A stretch of DNA of 37,937 nucleotides from a virus (taxonomy: Duplodnaviria; Caudoviricetes), in IMG/VR virus record IMGVR_UViG_3300012953_000078, positions 1 through 37,937 of that record, one strand, 5' to 3'. Position 1 is the stretch's first letter; the number at the start of each line of letters is the position of its first letter. The translations under genes and the position numbers were made by a program. This document shows, piece by piece, positions 27,254 to 34,507 of the stretch. The notes beneath the pieces are model-generated. The model was not told the origin of the DNA. It made no database searches and worked only from the letters and a program-made list of their open reading frames with translations.

Positions 27254-28171
27254 TTAGTCCTCTTGTGCTAGGGACTGGAAGTATGAGAGAGTGTTCTCTT
27301 CATCTTCTACAGGTGAGGCAGCGACTGCTTTCTCTCTGAATTCAGAGACCTCCTTACCCCATTTCTGTGGAGTAACTTCTTCTTCTGACTCATCAGCAAC
27401 TACAGGAGCAGGTGCTTTACCGAGTCCAAGAACGTTATTCAAACGCTTCTCAAGATCCTCATAAGACTTAAAGTTCTTAGGATCTTCAAATTCAGCAAGT
27501 GAATAACACTTATTCCAGATCTCTTCCAACTGATCATCATCAAATCCACCTAGAGTTGCTGGTGCTGCGAAGTCTGACTTATCATAGTTCCAGTACCCAT
27601 CAACCTTACGAATCTTAACCTTGAAGTCTGCACCATTCCATAGATTGAATGCATCTAAAGGAGTTTCATCCTTAAATGCTGGTTGCATTGCTTCTGTAAT
27701 CTTATCAAAGATCTTCTTACCATATTTGTATAGGAAGACTTGTCCTTCATTCTCTGGGTGTGCAGGATCAGACACAACATAGATGTTAGAGTAGTAAGAA
27801 AGCTTACGCTTCTGCTGTCTAGCTTGTGCTCTTTGTGGACTACCTTCTCCACCAGCATTCCATAATGTAGTATTGAAATCTGAAACTGGATCCTTTTTGC
27901 CTAGGGTTGTGAGAGAATTCTCAATGTACCAACCACCTTGACCTTTAAAAGCATGTGACCATACTTGTGCAAATGGACGATCCTCTCCATTTGGTGAGTC
28001 TAGAAAACGAATTACTGCGTAACCATTTCCTGACTTATCAATCTCAGGTTTCCAAAGACGCTCATCAGCACCTCCTCCACTCTGGGGTTGCTTTAGTTTT
28101 TCGATCTCTTGCGTGAGTTTAGCGAAAGTCTCTCCAGATCTGGAAGCTTTCTTTAATGTTGCAAATGACAT
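27254..28171 (-). CDS. gp32: Single-stranded DNA-binding protein (T4 gp32)
   Basis: Motifs DERLWKP.IDKSGNGYAVIRFL, WYIENSLTT, YKYGKKIFDK and NYDKS.F, plus an acidic C-terminal tail. Confidence 0.95.
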   Translation of the reverse strand: MSFATLKKASRSGETFAKLTQEIEKLKQPQSGGGADERLWKPEIDKSGNGYAVIRFLDSPNGEDRPFAQVWSHAFKGQGGWYIENSLTTLGKKDPVSDFNTTLWNAGGEGSPQRAQARQQKRKLSYYSNIYVVSDPAHPENEGQVFLYKYGKKIFDKITEAMQPAFKDETPLDAFNLWNGADFKVKIRKVDGYWNYDKSDFAAPATLGGFDDDQLEEIWNKCYSLAEFEDPKNFKSYEDLEKRLNNVLGLGKAPAPVVADESEEEVTPQKWGKEVSEFREKAVAASPVEDEENTLSYFQSLAQED

Positions 28172-28210
28172 TGTATTTTTTGTATTGTAGTGTGAAATTG
28201 CTACTGGATA

Positions 28211-28239
28211 ATCGTAGCATACTATTTATGCTTCGTCAA
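28211..28239 (-). promoter_or_regulatory. Composite promoter for gp32: TTGACG-N17-TACGAT with late CATAAATA (28223-28230) in the spacer
   Basis: Read directly. Confidence 0.65.
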
Positions 28240-28556
28240 GCATTGGATGCTGCTTTGTCTAGGGTCTCTATCATGATATCCATGCAGTGACCCAAGTCTC
28301 TGTATCCAAACGCTGTTGACAGGGCATTTATCCTTGTTTTCATGTCTGCTGCCTCTGGATCTTCAGGTGCAGCAAGACATAAGCGAGTGTAAAATGTTTT
28401 TTGTTTATCAATAAGTACCTTACACTTATCAATGTGTTCTAATCTTTCCTCTCTTGGAAGACCTTCGACACGTTGAGTTGCTATAGCAATCTCTTGATAA
28501 GTTTCAAAGATATCTTGTAGATTTCCTTGTACTTGTTCTGATTCAAAAAAACTCAC
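28236..28556 (-). CDS. DUF1825-like protein
   Basis: MSFFESEQVQ..., LIDKQK.FYTRL.L..DPEA motif; a conserved neighbour of gp32/gp33 in cyanophages. Confidence 0.65.
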   Translation of the reverse strand: MSFFESEQVQGNLQDIFETYQEIAIATQRVEGLPREERLEHIDKCKVLIDKQKTFYTRLCLAAPEDPEAADMKTRINALSTAFGYRDLGHCMDIMIETLDKAASNA

Positions 28557-28807
28557 AACGGTAACACTCCTTTAGATGATTGTTTCATATAATTTAATCG
28601 CTGTGCTTCATGCTTTAATCTTTCCTTCAATGGTTTTGATATTAATTTAGGGACAGTTTCCAATTCAATTTCATTCTCTTGGCAATAGGTTACTACTGCT
28701 TCAACATATGTAATCAAACCTTCACTTTGCTTAACTAACCTTTCAATCTCTTGCGAGAATTTCGTAGGTGTTAAAAATTTATCATCAAGATTTTTTTCTT
28801 TAGGCAT
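28553..28807 (-). CDS. gp33: Late-transcription coactivator (T4 gp33)
   Basis: FSQEIE.LV...YVEAVV.YCQENEIELETVPKLISKPLKERLK.EA..LN; probable ATG at 28807. Confidence 0.85.
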   Translation of the reverse strand: MPKEKNLDDKFLTPTKFSQEIERLVKQSEGLITYVEAVVTYCQENEIELETVPKLISKPLKERLKHEAQRLNYMKQSSKGVLPL

Positions 28808-29480
28808 TTCTTCCCCTAACAAATTCTTCAATGTAGGATTTAAGTAGTTGTAAATAGACATCTAGATTGTACTTCTCAAATACTTGTATAGTTCCTTCTT
28901 CGGTGGCAATAAGTGTGACAACTTTCTTTACCTGAATTCCAGATCTTTCAAGGAACATCGCTGCGTATGCAGTCTCTTGAACAAAGTAATGTTCAATGTA
29001 ATTTTCCTTCTTCAATTTGGTTGAGGTTTTGAAATCGATCACGGCTAACTCACCGTCGAATTCAGCAATGCAATCTACACGACCAGCGAGACCGAGGTAA
29101 TGAGAAAATAAAAAGGTTTCGAGACAATGTATTTTATCAATTCGGTTCAGCGTAGATTTTGCTGACTGAAACATTCTAACAGATAATGGATTATTTTCCA
29201 AGTATGTGTCAAGATTTAACACACCATTCATATAATCCTCAGTAATACTATGAAATGCAGAGCCCCTTTGAGTTGCTCTGGCAGTAATACGATTGGCCTC
29301 TTCCTCACCTACTTTCTTTCTCCATGCCTTGAAGAACTTTGCGCTCTGAAACGATGTAACTGAGGTAACACTTGGATAATATTTATCTGCACCTGGTATT
29401 GGGTAGAACCGAACACCATTTTCATTCACGGGTTCGACTTCAATAGGTTTGAAGTCTGCATTAACAAAGGAAAAAGTCAT
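28800..29480 (-). CDS. PD-(D/E)XK exonuclease (RecB/Cas4-like)
   Basis: Motifs YPSVTSV, RGSAFH, AGRVDCIAEFDG.LAVIDFKTS and Q..AYA. Confidence 0.85.
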   Translation of the reverse strand: MTFSFVNADFKPIEVEPVNENGVRFYPIPGADKYYPSVTSVTSFQSAKFFKAWRKKVGEEEANRITARATQRGSAFHSITEDYMNGVLNLDTYLENNPLSVRMFQSAKSTLNRIDKIHCLETFLFSHYLGLAGRVDCIAEFDGELAVIDFKTSTKLKKENYIEHYFVQETAYAAMFLERSGIQVKKVVTLIATEEGTIQVFEKYNLDVYLQLLKSYIEEFVRGRNA

Positions 29481-30248
29481 TTAGAAACCAAGATTGTATT
29501 TTGCAATGAGATATGATTTAACTAATCCTGAACGAACAATATCTTTAATACCAAATTCAACACAAGTAAATGTGTCTTTCATCTCTTCAACGATCCTAAT
29601 GAAGTCTGCAATACCAGACTTCTCATTCTCTCTTGTCAAATCAGTTTGAGTAATGTCACCACAGAACATAATCTTAGAGTCCTCACCTATGCGAGTGATC
29701 ATTGAATCGAGTTCATGGAAATTTAAATTACTAAACTCATCTACAATAACAATAGCATTGTCAACAGTAACACCTCTGATAAAAGAAGTACTCCAGAAGT
29801 CAATAGTTTCTTGTGCTCGTAGGTTGTCATAGAGCATTTGGAATGAGTTATCATCAGGCATACTAAACATGTATCTAACCATGTTCTTGTATGGAATCTG
29901 GTAGAGATAGGATTTGTCCTCATGATCTCCAGGTAGGAAACCAATCTCTCTAGTAGGTACTAATGACCTTACGATTACTATTTTATCATAAGGTGTGGAT
30001 TCGTCAAGTACCTCTTGTAATGCAAGATACAATGCGATGAAAGTTTTACCTGTTCCAGCAGCACCATGAAGCAGGACATTTTTACCCTCTTTGTATGCAT
30101 CAAAGACGATCTCTTGATTAGTAGTTAAGGGTTTGATTGTAGTCATGTATGACTTATCAATCGGTTTTTTCCTTTTCATTGTCTTCTTAGACATTGGTTG
30201 GAGTGGTGCAACACCATTCCCATTAGTTTTCTTTCTCGCTCTTGGCAT
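29481..30248 (-). CDS. phoH: PhoH-family ATPase
   Basis: Walker A GAAGTGKT, IGFLPG, FIRG, IVDE, GD..Q.D and DIVRSGLVK. Confidence 0.93.
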   Translation of the reverse strand: MPRARKKTNGNGVAPLQPMSKKTMKRKKPIDKSYMTTIKPLTTNQEIVFDAYKEGKNVLLHGAAGTGKTFIALYLALQEVLDESTPYDKIVIVRSLVPTREIGFLPGDHEDKSYLYQIPYKNMVRYMFSMPDDNSFQMLYDNLRAQETIDFWSTSFIRGVTVDNAIVIVDEFSNLNFHELDSMITRIGEDSKIMFCGDITQTDLTRENEKSGIADFIRIVEEMKDTFTCVEFGIKDIVRSGLVKSYLIAKYNLGF

Positions 30249-30251
30249 AAT

Positions 30252-30482
30252 TTAGGTAAACCTCGATAGGTTTGCACGTGGATGATTTTCTTGAACCTTA
30301 GACATTACTTCTTTAAACCCATCATCTGATTTAGGTTTTCCATAAGTTACTCCTCCTACACCAGCAGTCCAATCTTTATCCCATTCAGGATTGTCTTTTC
30401 TCCACTGATCGTAGTCCTTCATACTCATAGAGAGTTCTTGTTTCTCTTGTGTATTTTTATTTATTACTGGGTAAGTAGGCAT
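30252..30482 (-). CDS. Conserved hypothetical T4-like protein
   Basis: MPTYPV...DGFKEVMSKV motif, commonly found upstream of phoH. Confidence 0.7.
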   Translation of the reverse strand: MPTYPVINKNTQEKQELSMSMKDYDQWRKDNPEWDKDWTAGVGGVTYGKPKSDDGFKEVMSKVQENHPRANLSRFT

Positions 30483-30484
30483 GA

Positions 30485-30931
30485 TTAAAAGTAATTAAGT
30501 AGAACAAGAATGCTTCTATCTGTTTTAGATGAAGGAGAACTTTTGATTTCTATCTCTCCTTCAAACTCAACGATCCTATTTTTAACAAAATCAATAGTCT
30601 CATCTCCAACTACTATCTTAGCATCAGAATCATTTAAAAAGAAGAGAGAGGTATACGAACCTTTACCTGATGGTATGACAGGAAGTTCAACATCAGCATC
30701 ACCTCTTCCATACGTTACTACCTGTATCTTTACCCATTGTTTTCTTTGAGTACGTCTACCAAAAATCTGATCCATTACCTGATAGGCATCACTAGTTGGT
30801 GATTGATTATCATATAGCAAATGATAATAACAACCATCACTCTGATAAAACCAAGCAAAATTATGGTCATCAAACATTAAACTCAACTCATCAAAGAGAG
30901 GTTTTGCTAAATACTCATCTTGTAAATCCAT
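30485..30931 (-). CDS. Degenerate 2OG-Fe(II) oxygenase-fold protein (paralog of 5827..6369)
   Basis: The probable ATG at 30931 is coupled to the thyX stop (TAATG). It aligns by eye with 5827..6369 but has no HxD/H ligands. Confidence 0.6.
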   Translation of the reverse strand: MDLQDEYLAKPLFDELSLMFDDHNFAWFYQSDGCYYHLLYDNQSPTSDAYQVMDQIFGRRTQRKQWVKIQVVTYGRGDADVELPVIPSGKGSYTSLFFLNDSDAKIVVGDETIDFVKNRIVEFEGEIEIKSSPSSKTDRSILVLLNYF

Positions 30932-31641
30932 TAATCTATCCTCAAACATGGTTGTGTGTCTGCCCAATCATCATCATATCTACAATCACATTCATCAACG
31001 TCAGGACACCAGTCAAGTGCCTTAGAGATGATTGGGAAGTTGCATATGAAATGGTCACGGCATAGGTTTGCGATGTCCATGTGCTCCTTCTGGGTGCCAT
31101 TGGCAGTGCGTAAGTTTATATAGTGTATCCATGACCTAGCACTACCAGTCATGTATAGTTTAGTAGGTGTTGCAAGTGGTAGTACAAATCTAGCACACTC
31201 CTTAGCAATACCAGCATCAAGCATCTCTTTATATAATTTCATTCCATTGACAAAATGTCTTTGCATTTTAATCTCAAAGTCCTGTTGCATTAATGGATCT
31301 ATATCATCAATACTATTCTGTCTGTTCTTTGTATCCTGACGACGTAATGCTGGTAGAGGAATCTCTTTACCTAACAAACTACTATCAGCATATCTCTGTG
31401 AAAATTCTTGGTATGTAAATGACCTATGTCTCAATATCTGAGCAGCAAGACCTCTAGTAGTACTGATCTCAAGGGTCATGAATGCCTGTTCAAAGACGCT
31501 CCAATGCCCATGCTCTATACAATACTTAAGAAGACCCTCGACCTTAGGGTTGTCCTGATTATTTGGATTGGATACTCTTGCAACATATCCTATAGTTTTT
31601 TCAGCGTCAGGTGTGACGGAGACAAGACATACTTTAGACAT
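30931..31641 (-). CDS. thyX: FAD-dependent thymidylate synthase
   Basis: Motifs HWSVFE, QILRHRSFTYQEFSQRY and KECARFVLP. Confidence 0.95.
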   Translation of the reverse strand: MSKVCLVSVTPDAEKTIGYVARVSNPNNQDNPKVEGLLKYCIEHGHWSVFEQAFMTLEISTTRGLAAQILRHRSFTYQEFSQRYADSSLLGKEIPLPALRRQDTKNRQNSIDDIDPLMQQDFEIKMQRHFVNGMKLYKEMLDAGIAKECARFVLPLATPTKLYMTGSARSWIHYINLRTANGTQKEHMDIANLCRDHFICNFPIISKALDWCPDVDECDCRYDDDWADTQPCLRID

Positions 31642-31934
31642 TAATCCTTAAAATCAAATAAAAGTTTACAAATAATTGAAAGTGCAAACGCTTGCAAATA
31701 TGTAAGTGTTACTGCTATACCTAGAGCAGGTAATAGCCAATTACAAAGCCACATTAAGACAAGAGGTCTAAGAAATACCGAAGTCACACGACCCACTTGT
31801 TTAAGTGCTTCTGCGTTTGCTTCTTTTTGTATTTCTTCTTGAGTCTTCTCTGCCTCTTGTGCTTCAGCTCTTTTATCGAGGTAGATAGTCACGTGCTTTT
31901 TTTCTTTTTGGGTTTTTGTTCTGGAACGTTCCAT
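31641..31934 (-). CDS. Hypothetical membrane protein
   Basis: Two C-terminal hydrophobic segments; co-oriented and tightly packed; start uncertain. Confidence 0.6.
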   Translation of the reverse strand: MERSRTKTQKEKKHVTIYLDKRAEAQEAEKTQEEIQKEANAEALKQVGRVTSVFLRPLVLMWLCNWLLPALGIAVTLTYLQAFALSIICKLLFDFKD

Positions 31935-32164
31935 AAATTAGGTCTCACTCTACCTTGTGATTGTTTCATAGTCACAAAGTTTTTTTTATAAAGATCGTAG
32001 TAATAATCAAAGATAGAAACTTGATTATCACCTACTGCTAGATCATAACGATCTGCTCCATCAACCTTATACGTAATAATATAGCACGTATAAGGAAGTT
32101 TGGTGTCGTTTCCATCTTCCAGTTTACAATTCTCTTTGATAACCTTCACGAACGACCTCCCCAT
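31889..32164 (-). CDS. Conserved hypothetical cyanophage protein
   Basis: LPYT.Y...YDL...IFDYYYDLYK...GRV.P.LW motif. Confidence 0.65.
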   Translation of the reverse strand: MGRSFVKVIKENCKLEDGNDTKLPYTCYIITYKVDGADRYDLAVGDNQVSIFDYYYDLYKKNFVTMKQSQGRVRPNLWNVPEQKPKKKKST

Positions 32165-32613
32165 TCTATCTGAGGGTATGCTTCAGAGATAACTGCTTTA
32201 GTAATCCTCTTGTACTTAGTGGTAAGTTTACCATCTTTTACAAGACAAATCAACTCTGCTTCCTCTTCAGACAGACCTTCAAGTAACTGAACAAACATTT
32301 GTTCACGTTTCAAAGACTTAATCCTAGGGTCACCACCCTTAAAGAAACGGAACAATCCTCTGTACTCATGTTCTAAACGTGAGTGATCAGTTCCTACTGG
32401 TGCCTCGTTAGGTTTGTAAGGTACATCACCTTCGGGCATTATTGATACTACACTATCATCAAAGTTGATGATGAGTATCTGACGTAAAGCAGCACTATTA
32501 TACTTTTGTAATAGTTTAATTTTTTCTGCTTTAGTTTTTGCATTGGAGACCTTTCGTAAGATCTCACTGATTAGTAACCTAGCGTTACTATTTTCAAGTG
32601 TTTTGGTTGGCAT
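32146..32613 (-). CDS. Conserved hypothetical T4-like protein
   Basis: LISEIL.KVS.AKTK, PEGDVPY.PN and KREQMFVQLLEGL...EAEL motifs. Confidence 0.75.
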   Translation of the reverse strand: MPTKTLENSNARLLISEILRKVSNAKTKAEKIKLLQKYNSAALRQILIINFDDSVVSIMPEGDVPYKPNEAPVGTDHSRLEHEYRGLFRFFKGGDPRIKSLKREQMFVQLLEGLSEEEAELICLVKDGKLTTKYKRITKAVISEAYPQIEWGGRS

Positions 32614-32615
32614 AA

Positions 32616-32858
32616 TTAATCATCATCCTCTTCAAGTGTCTCATCCCATACTGTTTGAGGTCGAATGTAAATGAGTTCATCATGTATGATGTTCCCTTCT
32701 TCATCTAACATTTCTGGGTGTGTTACTGACTTTGCGTAAGCAGCATTTTCAATGTAGTCTTCTACATATCCTTTCGCTAACCATGATACCACAATTCCTA
32801 GAAAAAAGGAACCTATTACAATTACTACAAACATTGCAACTTGCATCGGCATCTCCAT
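32616..32858 (-). CDS. Small membrane protein (DUF2973-like HPEM motif)
   Basis: N-terminal TM helix and HPEMLDEEGN...DELI; CTAAATA at 32868-32874 upstream. Confidence 0.6.
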   Translation of the reverse strand: MEMPMQVAMFVVIVIGSFFLGIVVSWLAKGYVEDYIENAAYAKSVTHPEMLDEEGNIIHDELIYIRPQTVWDETLEEDDD

Positions 32859-32879
32859 AGCTAAAATTATTTAGATGGT

Positions 32880-33116
32880 TCAGATTATCCTATTTTCTCT
32901 CAGATATGTTACTGTTTCAGTGCATCCACCAAGATTAGTTCCATTTAATGTCACCTGAGGAAATGTAGATCCATTACCAAACTGACCATAGAATGCTTCT
33001 CTTTGGAAGTCCTTTCCTAATTTATATTCCACAAAATTTAATTTCTTACCACTTAATACCTGTTTAACCTGTGTGCAATAGGGACATCCATCACGTGTAT
33101 AGATTGTAAAATTCAT
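32880..33116 (-). CDS. nrdC: Glutaredoxin
   Basis: Motifs CPYC, TFPQV and LGGC. Confidence 0.9.
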   Translation of the reverse strand: MNFTIYTRDGCPYCTQVKQVLSGKKLNFVEYKLGKDFQREAFYGQFGNGSTFPQVTLNGTNLGGCTETVTYLRENRII

Positions 33117-33136
33117 AGTAGTGTGTTTCTTAGAAT

Positions 33137-33161
33137 AAAAAAGGGTATCCGAAGATACCCT
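33137..33161 (-). terminator. Intrinsic terminator with a cUUCGg tetraloop
   Basis: AGGGTATC-TTCG-GATACCCT-TTTTT. Confidence 0.88.
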
Positions 33162-33184
33162 CTATAGTTATATCACTTTCTAAT

Positions 33185-33577
33185 TTAGAATGTGAACTTA
33201 ACTCCAGCTTTAGCACCCCAGTTACGGATAGTGTCGCCATCTGCATCTTCACCAGCAGATGCACCAGAGAACTCACCATATAGTGAAGTTGAATCTGCGA
33301 TTGCGTATGAAGCACCGATCTTACCAGAAAGTTCTGTTTCTGTATCGTCAGTAGCGTCAGAATGGTTCAATGAAGGACCACCTTGTACGTAATAAGCAAG
33401 CTTTCCTTCAGAAAGTGCACCTTCCCATCCAAGATGTACGTCAGTAACTGCAGAGCTGTACTCGCCATCAGGATATGAAAGATTACTTTCAACATTCACG
33501 TAAGGACCAGCAAAAGCTGCACCAGCGAGAAGGAATGGAGATGCTGCAACAGCAGCGATTGTTGATTTAATAGACAT
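33185..33577 (-). CDS. Host-like small outer-membrane beta-barrel (porin-like) protein
   Basis: The probable start is MSIKSTIAAVAASPFLLAGAAFA (signal peptide); alternating beta-strand pattern; C-terminal KAGVKFTF ends in Phe. Confidence 0.75.
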   Translation of the reverse strand: MSIKSTIAAVAASPFLLAGAAFAGPYVNVESNLSYPDGEYSSAVTDVHLGWEGALSEGKLAYYVQGGPSLNHSDATDDTETELSGKIGASYAIADSTSLYGEFSGASAGEDADGDTIRNWGAKAGVKFTF

Positions 33578-33695
33578 GTTTTTGTTTAAGTATCTCGCAA
33601 GGCATAAAAAAACCTGCGGATGATAATTTCCCCGACATGGGAAATTGTATTGCATCTACACAGGGTTACGATTCTTTCGAGTCCTTTGTATCTGA
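33578..33695 (-). ncRNA. Candidate structured 5' leader RNA
   Basis: A ~115-nt leader containing several hairpins (see findings). Confidence 0.45.
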
Positions 33696-33698
33696 ATT

Positions 33699-33745
33699 TA
33701 TTTATAATAGCATAAGGGCAACTAATGTGTCAAGTGTGCCAGTTT
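33699..33745 (-). promoter_or_regulatory. Composite promoter: AAACTGGCACA motif, TTGACA-N18-TATTAT (extended TG) and an overlapping late TATAAATA (33699-33706)
   Basis: Read directly. Confidence 0.7.
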
Positions 33746-33962
33746 ACTTAGTGTCCACCCTTTTTGTCTGCTTTTTAACCATTTTGGCATAGTATACATC
33801 TTGATCTGTGTACCAATCAGGATGTTCTTTAGCTCTTTTTAATAATTTCTTGGCTGCTTTCCTATCTGATTTTCTAATCGAGTCCTGTTCCTGCATCTGG
33901 GTTCTTTCTACTAAGTCTTCTTGCCTCTTGCCTATACTCTTCAAGTTTTTGTCTCGATTCAA
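33744..33962 (-). CDS. Small basic hypothetical protein
   Basis: DRKAAKKLLKRAKEHPDWYT..DVYYAKMVK motif; the true start is probably further downstream. Confidence 0.6.
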   Translation of the reverse strand: MNRDKNLKSIGKRQEDLVERTQMQEQDSIRKSDRKAAKKLLKRAKEHPDWYTDQDVYYAKMVKKQTKRVDTK

Positions 33963-34131
33963 CTAGCATTCGGGCTGTTTCGATTTTACCTTTAGTATAC
34001 TCTTCTAAGTTTGTATTTAATGACACAACATCTGTTGGATCAACCATCGCTTCAAACTCAAGGTCGGTTTCCCCTACCACTTCTCTGAGTTCGTTCGTTA
34101 ATCTATCCTTTGGTATTCTTGGTAATTCCAT
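33874..34131 (-). CDS. Hypothetical protein
   Basis: 85-aa ORF; CTAAATA at 34137-34143 upstream. Confidence 0.6.
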   Translation of the reverse strand: MELPRIPKDRLTNELREVVGETDLEFEAMVDPTDVVSLNTNLEEYTKGKIETARMLVESRQKLEEYRQEARRLSRKNPDAGTGLD

Positions 34132-34139
34132 GTTACTAT

Positions 34140-34295
34140 TTAGTCCTCAAAGGTAGTAAGTTTTGTATACTTCTCGTACAACTCACCCATTTTAGGTTCA
34201 GTTCCACGAGATTTCCACATCTGTCTCAGAATAAGTTTGAACTCATCCATAGGAACTACTACGGATAAATTACCATTAGTATGTGCTTCAGTCAT
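34140..34295 (-). CDS. Small hypothetical protein (51 aa)
   Basis: Hand-translated as MTEAHTNGNLSVVVPMDEFKLILRQMWKSRGTEPKMGELYEKYTKLTTFED; TAATG coupling to the upstream gene. Confidence 0.65.
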   Translation of the reverse strand: MTEAHTNGNLSVVVPMDEFKLILRQMWKSRGTEPKMGELYEKYTKLTTFED

Positions 34296-34507
34296 TACAT
34301 AGAATCCAAATCATGTCCATGACGGAACTTCTCTTCAAACATTGTTAGTACCTCATCTGCATCGATAAGATTATCAACGTTCATTAGCATGTCAGCAATG
34401 TGCTTACTGATGTATGGTTTTTCAGTCCGTGCTGCAAATGATAATGCATTACGTAAATTTCCTTGTGCCTCTCTTAGAGACTCTTCTACTTGTTGAGATA
34501 ATGCCAT
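34295..34507 (-). CDS. Conserved hypothetical cyanophage protein
   Basis: MALSQQVEESLREAQGNLRNALSFAAR.E.P motif. Confidence 0.7.
   Translation of the reverse strand: MALSQQVEESLREAQGNLRNALSFAARTEKPYISKHIADMLMNVDNLIDADEVLTMFEEKFRHGHDLDSM

Noticed and set aside
28800-29480. Cas4-like nuclease as part of a CRISPR system
   Set aside because: No repeat-spacer array or other cas genes were seen; this is a core cyanophage exonuclease next to phoH and gp33.
33578-33655. N-terminal extension of the beta-barrel ORF in the track (likewise 27179-27232, 28808-28861 and 30932-30967)
   Set aside because: Downstream ATGs give proper signal peptides or translational coupling; the extensions overlap leaders, terminators or neighbouring genes.
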